Positions 1-8,763 of a stretch of 64,000 nt of DNA are shown here, one piece after another. Positions within the stretch are counted from its first letter, which is position 1. Each line of letters begins with the position of its first letter. A program made the translations under genes and the position numbers. The notes beneath the pieces are model-generated. The model had not been told where the DNA came from. It made no database searches and was given only the letters and a program-made list of their open reading frames with translations. Location of the stretch: NCBI GenBank assembly GCA_004299555.1, contig SCQU01000028.1, positions 5,375-69,374 of the forward strand, read 5' to 3'. This DNA comes from Rhodanobacteraceae bacterium (lineage in GTDB: Bacteria; Pseudomonadota; Gammaproteobacteria; Xanthomonadales; Rhodanobacteraceae).

Positions 1-1
1 T

Positions 2-1372
2 GACGCGGCGCTGGGGTCGCGGGAGGTTGGCAGAAACATCCTGTTGTGGGGGGCGCCGGGTTGCGGCAAGTCCGAGCTTGCTGCCGCCTATGCCGATGCA
101 CTGCGCTGCCCGCTTTACGCGGCGGAGGGCGCGTGCGATGACTCCGCGCCGCTTACGCCGCGCGAACGCCTGTGCCGGTTGGATCAGGTGCAGAAGCTCG
201 TGCGGGCAACCGGCAACGGAATCGTCTTGATCGATGAGGCCGACGACCTGTTTCCCGTGCCCTCGAGCAATCCGGAACGCGTGCCGACCAAGGCTGCGCT
301 CAACGAGCAACTTGAGCACAATGCCACGCCAACCATCTGGATCAGCAACTACACCGAGCACATCGATCCGGCGTTCCTGCGCCGCTTCGACATCATTCTG
401 CACGTACCCGACTTGCCCGCGCGGGCCCGCGCAGCCATGTTGCGGGTGGCATTGCCACCGGGCGCATTGAGCGATCGCGAGATCCAAGAGTATGGCCGCG
501 ATCACCGCCTGACTACCGCCGTGATCGACCGCATCGCGCGTGTAGCCGCCGTGGGCGGAGGGGCGGACACGGGGCTCGTCCGGGACAACCTGCACATGCT
601 CTCCACCCAGTATCTGAGGGCGATCGATGCGCCGGTGGGGCCACAGCGCCATGCGGGGCTGCTCGCGCACGATCCGGCTCTCTTGAATACGGATCCACCG
701 ATGGATGATCTTCTACGTTCGCTCGCCAGGACCTCGGCGTTCGGCATTCGCATCCTCCTCCACGGCGCGCCCGGCACCGGCAAGAGCGCGTTGGCCAAGG
801 CCCTGGCGGAGCGGCTCGACAAGCCGTTGCTGCGGCGCCCGGCGTCCTCGTTGCTCTCGAAGTGGGTGGGTGAGACCGAGGGGAACCTTCGCGAGATGTT
901 CGACGAAGCACGGCGCGAAGGGAGCGTCCTGCTGATCGACGAGGTCGACAGTTTCCTGCGCGATCGCGACCGCCTTGCAACCGAGTGGTCGGCAACCATC
1001 GTCAACGAGTTCCTGACCCAGATGGAAGCCTTCGAAGGCATACTCGTGTGCACGACCAATCGTTTGGACGATCTTGACCCGGCGGCCTTGCGGCGGTTTG
1101 ACTTCAAGGCTGCGTTCCAGCCGCTACGCCCCGAACAACGCGTGCGACTGGTGGACGATTGCCTGAAGGCGATCAAGCTGACCGGCGCCGGGCGCGCCTG
1201 GATCGATCGCGCGAAGTCGCTGGACGGCGTGACGCCGGGGGACGCCGTGGCCGTGCTGCGCCGCCTACGCTGCGTGGATGGCCCGCTGACCGTGGACATG
1301 TTGCTCGATGCACTCGCGACCGAGTGCCGCTACAAGCCGGATGCCCACAAGCCGATCGGATTCGTGCAATGA
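2..1372 (+). CDS. Tandem (two-module) classical AAA+ ATPase, 5' end cut by the window edge
   Basis: Frame 2 is open from nt 2, so the listed M at 44 is internal (...GRNILLWGAPGCGKSE). There are two Walker A motifs (GAPGCGKS, GAPGTGKS), two Walker B motifs (VLIDEAD, LLIDEVD) and two DPA(F/A)LRRFD second-region-of-homology motifs. TGA stop at 1370-1372. Confidence 0.8.
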   Translation, partial: DAALGSREVGRNILLWGAPGCGKSELAAAYADALRCPLYAAEGACDDSAPLTPRERLCRLDQVQKLVRATGNGIVLIDEADDLFPVPSSNPERVPTKAALNEQLEHNATPTIWISNYTEHIDPAFLRRFDIILHVPDLPARARAAMLRVALPPGALSDREIQEYGRDHRLTTAVIDRIARVAAVGGGADTGLVRDNLHMLSTQYLRAIDAPVGPQRHAGLLAHDPALLNTDPPMDDLLRSLARTSAFGIRILLHGAPGTGKSALAKALAERLDKPLLRRPASSLLSKWVGETEGNLREMFDEARREGSVLLIDEVDSFLRDRDRLATEWSATIVNEFLTQMEAFEGILVCTTNRLDDLDPAALRRFDFKAAFQPLRPEQRVRLVDDCLKAIKLTGAGRAWIDRAKSLDGVTPGDAVAVLRRLRCVDGPLTVDMLLDALATECRYKPDAHKPIGFVQ

Positions 1373-1511
1373 GCCTAGCCGATTAACGCGTGACTCACCC
1401 ACTGTTGCCACACCAGGAGTGGGTAGCAAGTCTGTGGGCCAATCCGGACATCGCATCGGGGTGTAGCGGATGTACAACGGCCGGGTTCAGCGGCGCGCGC
1501 ATGCTGGCGGG

Positions 1512-1690
1512 ATGGAATCGCCCTTCACACAGGCTTTGGGTGTGGCGCCGCCATGGGTGGCGTCCACGTACGAGTTCTCGCCGGCGGCCGGCCGGGTCGA
1601 CTTCCCCCTGCGCTGCGTTGCGGCCGGCCGCGGACATGCGTTGCAGCCGGGCGCGGCGCCGGTGCCGCTGCTGCCAGTCGCCGGCGCCGC
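1512..1690 (+). pseudogene. Possible N-terminal relic of an ISL3-family transposase
   Basis: ATG 1512 opens MESPFTQALGVAPPWVASTYEFSPAAGRVDFPLRCVAAGRG. From memory this resembles the conserved ISL3 transposase N-terminus (F..ALGL..PW.V....FD...GR.D..L....RF.CP.CG). The Zn-finger cysteines and the catalytic body are absent, and the frame simply runs into the antisense of bdhA. No inverted repeats were recognised. Confidence 0.35.
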
Positions 1691-1697
1691 GTCGGGT

Positions 1698-2477
1698 TTA
1701 CTGCATGAACCAGCCGTGGCTTGCGACCAGCGACTGGCCGGTCAGGGCGTTGGTCGGGAACGCGGCGAAGAACAGCGCGACGCGCGCGATGTCATCGACC
1801 GTGGTGAACTGTCCGTCCACCGTGTCCTTCAGCATCACGTTCTTGATGACGTCGGCTTCGCTGATGTGCAGCTCAGCCGCCTGCTCGGGGATCTGCTTGT
1901 CGACCAGCGGCGTGCGTACAAAGCCGGGGCAGATGACGTTGGCGCGTACGCCGTGCGCGGCACCTTCCTTGGCCACCACCTTGGCAAGCCCGATCAGTCC
2001 GTGCTTGGCGGTGACGTACGGCGCCTTGAGCTTCGAGGCTTCCTTGGAATGCACCGAACCCATGTAGATCACGCTGCCGCTGCCCTGCTGGTACATATGC
2101 GGCAGGCAGGCCTTGGTGGTGAGGAACGCGCCATCAAGATGGATCGCGAGCAGTTTCTTCCACTGCGCGAACGGGAACTCCTCGAGCGGGTGCACGATCT
2201 GGATGCCGGCATTGCTGACCAGCACATCGACCGTGCCCCAGGCCTTCACGGCTTCGGCGACGCCCGCGTTGACCGCGGTCTCGTCGGTGACGTCCATCGC
2301 GACGCTCATGGCCTGGCCGCCGGCGTCACGCAACGCCTTCGCGGTGACCTCCGCGGCTTCCTTGTTGAGGTCGGCGATCACGACCCTGGCGCCTTCCTTC
2401 GCGTACAGCGTGGCGATGGCCTTGCCGATGCCGCTGGCCGAGCCGGTGACGATTGCGACCTTGTCCTTGAGTTGCAT
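1698..2477 (-). CDS. bdhA: 3-hydroxybutyrate dehydrogenase (short-chain dehydrogenase/reductase)
   Basis: ATG at 2477 ([22 protein letters not shown]...). The protein has the TGxxxGIG NAD motif, NAG, the catalytic YVTAKHG (YxxxK) and the C-terminal ...[13 protein letters not shown] typical of BdhA. The 336-aa listed ORF over-extends upstream. Confidence 0.9.
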   Translation of the reverse strand: MQLKDKVAIVTGSASGIGKAIATLYAKEGARVVIADLNKEAAEVTAKALRDAGGQAMSVAMDVTDETAVNAGVAEAVKAWGTVDVLVSNAGIQIVHPLEEFPFAQWKKLLAIHLDGAFLTTKACLPHMYQQGSGSVIYMGSVHSKEASKLKAPYVTAKHGLIGLAKVVAKEGAAHGVRANVICPGFVRTPLVDKQIPEQAAELHISEADVIKNVMLKDTVDGQFTTVDDIARVALFFAAFPTNALTGQSLVASHGWFMQ

Positions 2478-2530
2478 GTGGGTGTCTCCAGTTGTGCGAA
2501 TGGGGGGTTGCGAAGTTGCGGTGCGGGTGC

Positions 2531-3271
2531 TTACCGGGCGAGATAGTCGTAGACGACGTGTCCGAGGCCAAGCGTCAGGTCGGTGACGATGTGCGATGCG
2601 GACACGACCTCGCGTACCGGCAGCCGCGCGACGGGCGCCAGCGCGTGCTCGAACAATTGCAACGCCGCCGGGCCGCTCCATGCGCCCTTGACCGCCACCT
2701 CGCTGCATTCGTACTGCACCAGTTCGCAGATGCGCGGCGTGCCGTCCACGTGCGGAATGATCTTCAACAGGAAACTCGGCGCTTCGACGGCTTTTTGCAT
2801 TTTGCCAAGGTCGAGGTTCGTGTACTTGTAGCCCATGGTCGCGGTCGCGATCCGGATCGAACCGTAGTCGAGTTTGCCGACCAGGGTGTCGGCTTCGACC
2901 TTGAGCGTCGGGTTGGCGAGCTTCTTTGGAAAGCCCCAGATTTCGCGCCCGCCCGCGATCGGTGCCTCGTCGTTCAGGAACATTGCGTGCGAATAGCCGC
3001 CCGCGACGCCGTTGAATTTCACCGGGATCACCTGTCCTGCTTCGGTGTAGTCGCCAAAGCCGGTTGAATCGGGCATGCGGATGAACTCGAACTTCACCAG
3101 CGGCTCGTCGAAGGTCAGCGGTTCGGGCACCACCGCGCGCAGCGCGTCGGGGTCGGTGCGGTACACGATGTTCATGAATTCGCGATTGATGAAGCGGTAC
3201 GGTCCGCGCGGGTAGCTCGGGCTGGTCAACGGCATCGAATAGGCGGTCTTGCGTACGTCTTCAATTTTCAT
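2531..3271 (-). CDS. adc: Acetoacetate decarboxylase
   Basis: [32 protein letters not shown]... is full-length similar to the Adc family and includes the [10 protein letters not shown] di-lysine region. The ATG at 3269-3271 overlaps the stop of the upstream patatin gene (ATGA). Confidence 0.9.
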   Translation of the reverse strand: MKIEDVRKTAYSMPLTSPSYPRGPYRFINREFMNIVYRTDPDALRAVVPEPLTFDEPLVKFEFIRMPDSTGFGDYTEAGQVIPVKFNGVAGGYSHAMFLNDEAPIAGGREIWGFPKKLANPTLKVEADTLVGKLDYGSIRIATATMGYKYTNLDLGKMQKAVEAPSFLLKIIPHVDGTPRICELVQYECSEVAVKGAWSGPAALQLFEHALAPVARLPVREVVSASHIVTDLTLGLGHVVYDYLAR

Positions 3272-4509
3272 GCGGTTTCCTTCGGCGACTTGCGGGAGTG
3301 TGGCTTGGGGGTCAGGTCGAGCACCGTGATGCTGCCGGGCGTGCGCGAGCGTCCGTAGCAACGCGGGTGCTCGAGGCTGGTGCGCATGTCCGCCATGCCC
3401 TTTTGCCAGCGCTCCAGCATCGACTGCCGCGAGAACTCGTAGTCCTTGGATTGGCTCTCGTGGTGCGCGCTGCGGTAGATCAGGTGCATGATCGTCAAGG
3501 CGCCGGGCGCGCACAGTGCGGTCAGCTTGGCGAGGTCCGGGTCCTGTTGCAGTGCGGGCGGCAGCCTGGCCGCGAACCGGCGCGCCGCTTCACCCAGTTC
3601 GTGCAGCTGCCGGACGCGGTCGGTATTGAGGCGGGTGCGGCTGGAATAGCGGATGTCCTTGACGCGCTCGGCGACCTCGTTGAGGTTTTGAGGCAGCGGG
3701 CCGCGGGCACTGAAAAGGTCGACCTGGATCACCAGCATGTCGTCCGGATACGGCTGCGCCAGCACATACTGCAGCGGGGTGTTGGAAACGACACCGCCGT
3801 CCCAGTAGTACTCGCCGTCGATTTCAACCGGCGGGAAGCCCGGCGGCAGGGCGCCGCTGGCCATGATGTGGCGGGCGTCGATCGGACCACACTCGGCGGG
3901 CTTCCCCGAATCGAAGTAGTGGTAATTGCCGGTCGCGACGTTGACCGCGCCGACGGACAGGCGCACCTTGCGCTTGGCATCCCGGGTGTTGATGAGGTCG
4001 AAGTCCACCAGCCGCTCGAGGGTTTGCCTGAGCGGCGCGGTGTCGTAGTAACTGAGTGCGCCCGGTGTGCCCGACCGCTGCAATGGGCCAGGCGGGAAGC
4101 GGGGTTCGAAAAATCCCTGGGCACCGACGGCGGCAACCCACGCCGCGCGCGATTCGTTGACCGCCTCGCGCACCTCGCCGCCATAGGCTTCCGGCAGCGT
4201 GAACCACTGCATGCCCGAAGTGATGAGCTCCCAGAACTCGTGCAGGCGCTGTACCCGCCGCTCGGGCGGATTGCCGGCGATGATCGCCGCATTGATGGCG
4301 CCGATCGACACGCCCGCGACCCAATGGGGCCGAAAGCCGTGGGTGTTCAACTGTTCGCACACGCCGGCCTGGTAGGCCCCGAGCGCGCCGCCGCCCTGCA
4401 ATACCAGCACGCAGGTTTCAGTGGCCCCCGCTGCCGGTTGCAACAAGGCGGGGGCGCCCGAAGGTTTTTTGACACGTCTGGTTTGCGGCACGATGGCTTG
4501 CCCTTGCAC
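3268..4509 (-). CDS. Patatin-like phospholipase/esterase with DUF3734-like C-terminus
   Basis: It carries the oxyanion motif [13 protein letters not shown], the nucleophile elbow GVSIG, the catalytic Asp motif [10 protein letters not shown], and a C-terminal ...[18 protein letters not shown] (DUF3734-like). The start is uncertain: GTG 4509 was chosen, but the ORF is open up to 4710. Confidence 0.8.
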   Translation of the reverse strand: MQGQAIVPQTRRVKKPSGAPALLQPAAGATETCVLVLQGGGALGAYQAGVCEQLNTHGFRPHWVAGVSIGAINAAIIAGNPPERRVQRLHEFWELITSGMQWFTLPEAYGGEVREAVNESRAAWVAAVGAQGFFEPRFPPGPLQRSGTPGALSYYDTAPLRQTLERLVDFDLINTRDAKRKVRLSVGAVNVATGNYHYFDSGKPAECGPIDARHIMASGALPPGFPPVEIDGEYYWDGGVVSNTPLQYVLAQPYPDDMLVIQVDLFSARGPLPQNLNEVAERVKDIRYSSRTRLNTDRVRQLHELGEAARRFAARLPPALQQDPDLAKLTALCAPGALTIMHLIYRSAHHESQSKDYEFSRQSMLERWQKGMADMRTSLEHPRCYGRSRTPGSITVLDLTPKPHSRKSPKETA

Positions 4510-4749
4510 GGTGGCGGCGGATGGCGCCTTCCAATACGGATAGTAGCCAATCCTCCCGCGCGCGGGGCGGCTACGCGGGCGGCCCCGGCGGATCGGGATT
4601 TTGGGTGCGGCCGGGACAGGGGTTGGTGCGTATTGCCTAGCCGGGCCGTCATGGATTGATGCTATCCAGACAACGCGTGCGCCGCGCGGGTTCCGGCCCG
4701 CACGGCACAACCTGCCCGGCCGCGCTGCGGCGTCAATGGTACTTGGGCG

Positions 4750-5220
4750 TCAGGCCGTCTTCTTGTGCTGGCCCGGCTGATAGTGGCCGGGTTCGGAACG
4801 GAACGGGATGGCGAGGCGGTTCCAGCCGTTGATGGCGATGACCGCAAAGGAAAGGTCCGCCAGTTCCTTTTCGCTGAACTGCGTGCGGGCCTCGGCGTAG
4901 AGCTCGTCGGATACCGGGCCGTCCGCGATCCGGGTCAGGGCTTCGGTCCACGCCAGCGCCGCGCGCTCGCGCTCGGAATAGAACGGTGACTCGCGCCAGG
5001 CGTTCAAGAGGTACAGGCGCTGCTCGGTCTCGCCGGCGGCGCGGGCATCCTTGGAATGCATGTCAAGGCAATACGCGCAGCCGTTGATCTGCGAGGCGCG
5101 CATCTTCACCAGTTCCAGCAGCGGGTGCTCAAGCCCGCAGGCGTCGACGTATTGCTGCAGGCCGTAGATGGCCTTGAAGCCGTCGGGCGAGGCCTGGGTG
5201 TAGTTCATGCGTTGGGTCAT
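4750..5220 (-). CDS. Carboxymuconolactone decarboxylase / AhpD-like peroxidase family protein
   Basis: MTQRMNYTQASPDGFKAIYGLQQYV...QINGCAYCLDMHSKD contains the CxxC-H motif of AhpD-like proteins. ATG at 5218-5220. Confidence 0.8.
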   Translation of the reverse strand: MTQRMNYTQASPDGFKAIYGLQQYVDACGLEHPLLELVKMRASQINGCAYCLDMHSKDARAAGETEQRLYLLNAWRESPFYSERERAALAWTEALTRIADGPVSDELYAEARTQFSEKELADLSFAVIAINGWNRLAIPFRSEPGHYQPGQHKKTA

Positions 5221-5324
5221 GCGGTTTCTCCGTGGTTGTCGACACAAATGGTGTTTGGGTTGCCGGTACACAACCCTTCAATCCATGGCGCGCGCATCGG
5301 CGCGGCGCCGGTCCGGCACTGGCG

Positions 5325-5975
5325 TCAGCCGCGTACGCCGCCCGGTTTGCAGGTGGCGTGCAGGCTGGCGGCGGCCGCAGGCCGCGCGGCGATGCGCGCG
5401 AACCAGGGCGCGATGTTGGCAAGCTGCGGATCGAACGGCTGACCCACCGACTGGGCAAAGTCCAGCCACGCGTACAACCAGACGTCGGCAATGGAAAAGC
5501 GGTCACCCGCAATGAAAGTGTGTCCGGTCAGCATGCGGTCCAGCCACGCGATGCGGTCCTGGGCAATGCGCTTGAGGCCGTCGGCCGCGCCGGGTTCGAC
5601 CGGGATGCGGCCGCGGAAGCGCGCGAGCCCTTCGGCGTAGTGGTAGGCGTTGTGGATGTTCTCCGTGATGTTGAGCTCCACCCGGCGTTGCCACTGGCGC
5701 GTCTGCGCCCGCTCGCGCGGCGTGGCGCCAATGAGGGGCGGATCGGGGTGCAGTTCTTCAAGGTATTCCATGATCGCCACCGACTCGGCGATGCAGGTTC
5801 CATCGTCCAGCAGCAGCGCGGGCGTTTGCCCGGCCGGGTTGTGCGCGAGGTAGGGCGCCTCGCGGTTTTCGCCGGTGAACACGTTGACCTGCTGCAGCGG
5901 CAACACCAGCGCCTTTTCCGCAAGGTACATCCGCAGGGCGCGCGGTGCGGGGCTTAGGGCATCGTAGATCAGCAT
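5325..5975 (-). CDS. Glutathione S-transferase
   Basis: MLIYDALSPAPRALRMYLAEK...NPAGQTPALLLDDGTCIAESVAIMEYLEE shows the thioredoxin-like GST N-domain with the ES motif, followed by a helical C-domain. The start lies 7 nt downstream of the preceding gene's stop. Confidence 0.85.
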   Translation of the reverse strand: MLIYDALSPAPRALRMYLAEKALVLPLQQVNVFTGENREAPYLAHNPAGQTPALLLDDGTCIAESVAIMEYLEELHPDPPLIGATPRERAQTRQWQRRVELNITENIHNAYHYAEGLARFRGRIPVEPGAADGLKRIAQDRIAWLDRMLTGHTFIAGDRFSIADVWLYAWLDFAQSVGQPFDPQLANIAPWFARIAARPAAAASLHATCKPGGVRG

Positions 5976-5982
5976 GGCCGGG

Positions 5983-6930
5983 TCAATGGAACGGTACGGG
6001 TTTGTCGGTGCCCGGCGCCGGGTGCATGAAGAAATCGTGCAGGTATTTCTCACCCTCGTCGTCCAGGATCGTGACCACGGTCTTGAGCTCGGGGAACTGC
6101 TGGCGGATGCGTTGCGCGGCGATGATGTGGGCGCCCGAGCTGGGCCCGCAGAAGAGTCCGCGGGTGCGCGCCAGCTTGCGCATTTCAGCCACCGCCTCCG
6201 CGCTGGCCACGCTGGTGGTGTCCTTTACGAGGTCGCGGTGGTGCGCAAAGATGCCCGGCACGAAACCATCGGAGATGCCCTCGATCTGGTGCAGCGCGAC
6301 TTCACCGCACAGGATCGTGCGCGATTCGGACGGCTCCATCGCGAACAGGCGCACGTTGGGGTTGACCTTGCGGAACGCCTGGCCAACGCCAATCAGGGTA
6401 CCGCCCGTGCCGACCCCATGCACGAACGCGTCGGGGATGCGGCCGTTCAACTGGGCCAGGATCTCCGGGCCCAGCAGTTCACGGTTTTCCTCGACGTTCC
6501 ATTCGTTCTCGAACTGGCCGGGAAAGAAAAACCCTGGTTGCTTGCCGAGCTGGCGCGCGCGTTCGAGCGCGTCGTTGACGTGGAAGGTGCCGCAAAACAG
6601 CACCTCCGCGCCGTACGCGCGCGAGATCGCGACGCGTTCGCTGGACAGCCCTTCGGGCATCACCACGATCATCCGGTAGCCCTTGACCGCGGCCACCAGC
6701 GAAAACGCATTGCCCGTGTTGCCGCTGGTGGCTTCGACGATGGTATCGCCCGGCTTGATCGTGCCTTCGCGTTCGGCGCGTTCGATGATGTAGTTGGCGA
6801 TGCGCGCCTTGATCGAACCCGATGGATTCAGGAATTCGCACTTGGCGAACACACCATCGATGTCCAGCAGCGGCGTGTCGCCGATGGCGTCGAGAATGCT
6901 GGTCGAAACACCGGTGTAACGGGTAGTCAT
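5983..6930 (-). CDS. PLP-dependent cysteine synthase family protein (CysK/CBS-like)
   Basis: NPSGSIKARIA contains the PLP lysine, TSGNTGNAF is the Asn loop, and GVGTGGTLIGV is the phosphate-binding loop. The length of 315 aa fits the family. Confidence 0.85.
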   Translation of the reverse strand: MTTRYTGVSTSILDAIGDTPLLDIDGVFAKCEFLNPSGSIKARIANYIIERAEREGTIKPGDTIVEATSGNTGNAFSLVAAVKGYRMIVVMPEGLSSERVAISRAYGAEVLFCGTFHVNDALERARQLGKQPGFFFPGQFENEWNVEENRELLGPEILAQLNGRIPDAFVHGVGTGGTLIGVGQAFRKVNPNVRLFAMEPSESRTILCGEVALHQIEGISDGFVPGIFAHHRDLVKDTTSVASAEAVAEMRKLARTRGLFCGPSSGAHIIAAQRIRQQFPELKTVVTILDDEGEKYLHDFFMHPAPGTDKPVPFH

Positions 6931-7097
6931 GGCTGTACCTTGGTCGTGGATACGCTAGTTTCGTACGCTGCGGTGAGGATACGCCTGACCCGCGTCAGCC
7001 GCTGTGTGCTGGATGCCGAAAAGTGTAACGTGTGGCCCGCCGCGCTTCGGCCTGGGCGTACACTGGCACGCACAGCGCTGGGGTCGAGGAGGTATCG

Positions 7098-8138
7098 ATG
7101 AGGGCCCGTTTGCATGTTGGTTGCCGCGTCGCTGGCGCGGTTCTGGTGCCGCTGGCCGCGGCGGTCGTGCTGGCGAGCGGCGTGGCCGGTGCGGCGGCGC
7201 CCACGCTCGCGGCCCAGACCGTCAACCAGTTCCAGAAAAATGGCGGCGTGTTTCCCGGCTATCGGCGCAACCACGCGCAGGGCGTGTGCATCTCGGGGTA
7301 TTTCCAGAGCAGTGGCGCCGCCGCGCGCTACTCGGTGGCCGAAGTGTTCCAGCCCGGTGAGCGCACGCCGGTGGTCGGACGCTTCTCCATTCCCGGCACC
7401 AATCCGTATGCGTGGGATGATGTGACGCCGATCCGCGGGATGGCGTTGGATTTCCTGCAAGCCGATGGCCGCGAGTGGCGCACGGCAATGAACGCGGTGC
7501 CGGCGTTTCCGGTGGCAACGCCGGCAGCAAACCTCACGTTTCTCGAGGCGCAGCAGCCTGACCCGGCCACCGGAAATCCCGATCCCGCAAAGCTGGCGGC
7601 GTTTTTCAAGACCCACCCGCGCGCCGATGCGTTCCGGCGGTGGGATCGGTCGGCCAGGCCGTCGACCAGTTACGCCACCGTCGGCTACAACAGCCTGGAC
7701 GCGTTCTATTTCATCGACGCGCGCGGCGGCAGGCACGCGGTGCGCTGGAGCATGATGCCCACGGTTGCGGCCGACGGCAGCAAGGTCCCGCCGGGCACGC
7801 CGGACTTCCTTGCCGCGGATCTGCACCACCGCCTGGCGCAGGGTCCACTGCGCTGGCACCTGGTCGTAACGCTGGCGGCTCCGGGTGACGCCATCGACGA
7901 CGCGACCGTTGCGTGGCCGGCGAACCGGCAGCATGTGGACGCCGGCACTTTGGTGATCGAGGCCGCTCACGCGCAGGCCACGGGTGTTTGCCGCGACATC
8001 GGTTTCGACCCGCTGATCCTGCCGGCCGGCATCCAGCCATCCGCTGACCCGCTCTTGAAGGCGCGCGCGGATGCGTACGCGGAGTCGTTGCGGCGGCGCT
8101 TGCGCGATGAAACCACGGCTGACGCGCCGGGCGGGTAA
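7098..8138 (+). CDS. Secreted catalase-related (small catalase-family) haem peroxidase
   Basis: A GGAGG lies 7 nt before ATG 7098. The signal-like N-terminus is MRARLHVGCRVAGAVLVPLAAAVVLASGVAGAAA. The protein is catalase-core-like (RRNHAQGVCISGYF...VVGRFSIPG...IRGMALDF) and about 345 aa, shorter than true catalases. Confidence 0.75.
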   Translation: MRARLHVGCRVAGAVLVPLAAAVVLASGVAGAAAPTLAAQTVNQFQKNGGVFPGYRRNHAQGVCISGYFQSSGAAARYSVAEVFQPGERTPVVGRFSIPGTNPYAWDDVTPIRGMALDFLQADGREWRTAMNAVPAFPVATPAANLTFLEAQQPDPATGNPDPAKLAAFFKTHPRADAFRRWDRSARPSTSYATVGYNSLDAFYFIDARGGRHAVRWSMMPTVAADGSKVPPGTPDFLAADLHHRLAQGPLRWHLVVTLAAPGDAIDDATVAWPANRQHVDAGTLVIEAAHAQATGVCRDIGFDPLILPAGIQPSADPLLKARADAYAESLRRRLRDETTADAPGG

Positions 8139-8219
8139 GCGTTCGGCCCACGCAAACGGCGGCGCGACGCGCCTGTCAGCGCGCCGCGCAACCGGGTGTG
8201 GCCGTGCCCCGACCGCGGA

Positions 8220-8648
8220 TTACCAGCTGTAACCGCCCTTGGGCTTTTGCGCCGCGGTATCGCCCAGCGCGGCCGCAGCCTTGGCGGCATCCGCCTGCGC
8301 CGCGGCGAGCGACGTGGACTTCAAGCCGCTTTGTGCGTCGGCCAGCGCCGCCTGCAACTTGGTGTGCAGGGCCGCGTCGCTGGTGGAATCCGGGATTGCG
8401 CCGTTGCCCTGGCCCTTGCACGGATCCTCGGCCTTGGCGTCAAAGCCCTGGCCCTTGGGGCCGACCAGGCAGTTGACAACGTGGTGCAGGTGCGCCTGCG
8501 CGGTGGCCAGCGTGGTCGCGTGTTGGGCCATCAGGGCGTGCGCGTGCGCAACACTGGTCTCGGTGGCGGCGCCGGTTTGCGCAAAGGCTGCGCAGGAAAT
8601 ACCCGCCGCGAATGCTGCGGCGATACTCATGGCGAGCAGCTTCTTCAT
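8220..8648 (-). CDS. Secreted His/Cys-containing Ala-rich hypothetical protein
   Basis: GGAGGT precedes ATG 8648. The Sec signal is MKKLLAMSIAAAFAAGISCAAFA|Q. The mature part contains HAHALMAQH, HLHHVVNC and DPCKGQGNG. No family was recognised. Confidence 0.6.
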   Translation of the reverse strand: MKKLLAMSIAAAFAAGISCAAFAQTGAATETSVAHAHALMAQHATTLATAQAHLHHVVNCLVGPKGQGFDAKAEDPCKGQGNGAIPDSTSDAALHTKLQAALADAQSGLKSTSLAAAQADAAKAAAALGDTAAQKPKGGYSW

Positions 8649-8763
8649 TGCTACCTCCGTACGATTGACGTTTGCCGTGTGACGAACGGCAAGCCTACGC
8701 GCGGAAATGTAATCGTCGCGTGTAGCGGTCAAGGTGGCCTTCAGCCACCGGCGGGGCGCGCCT

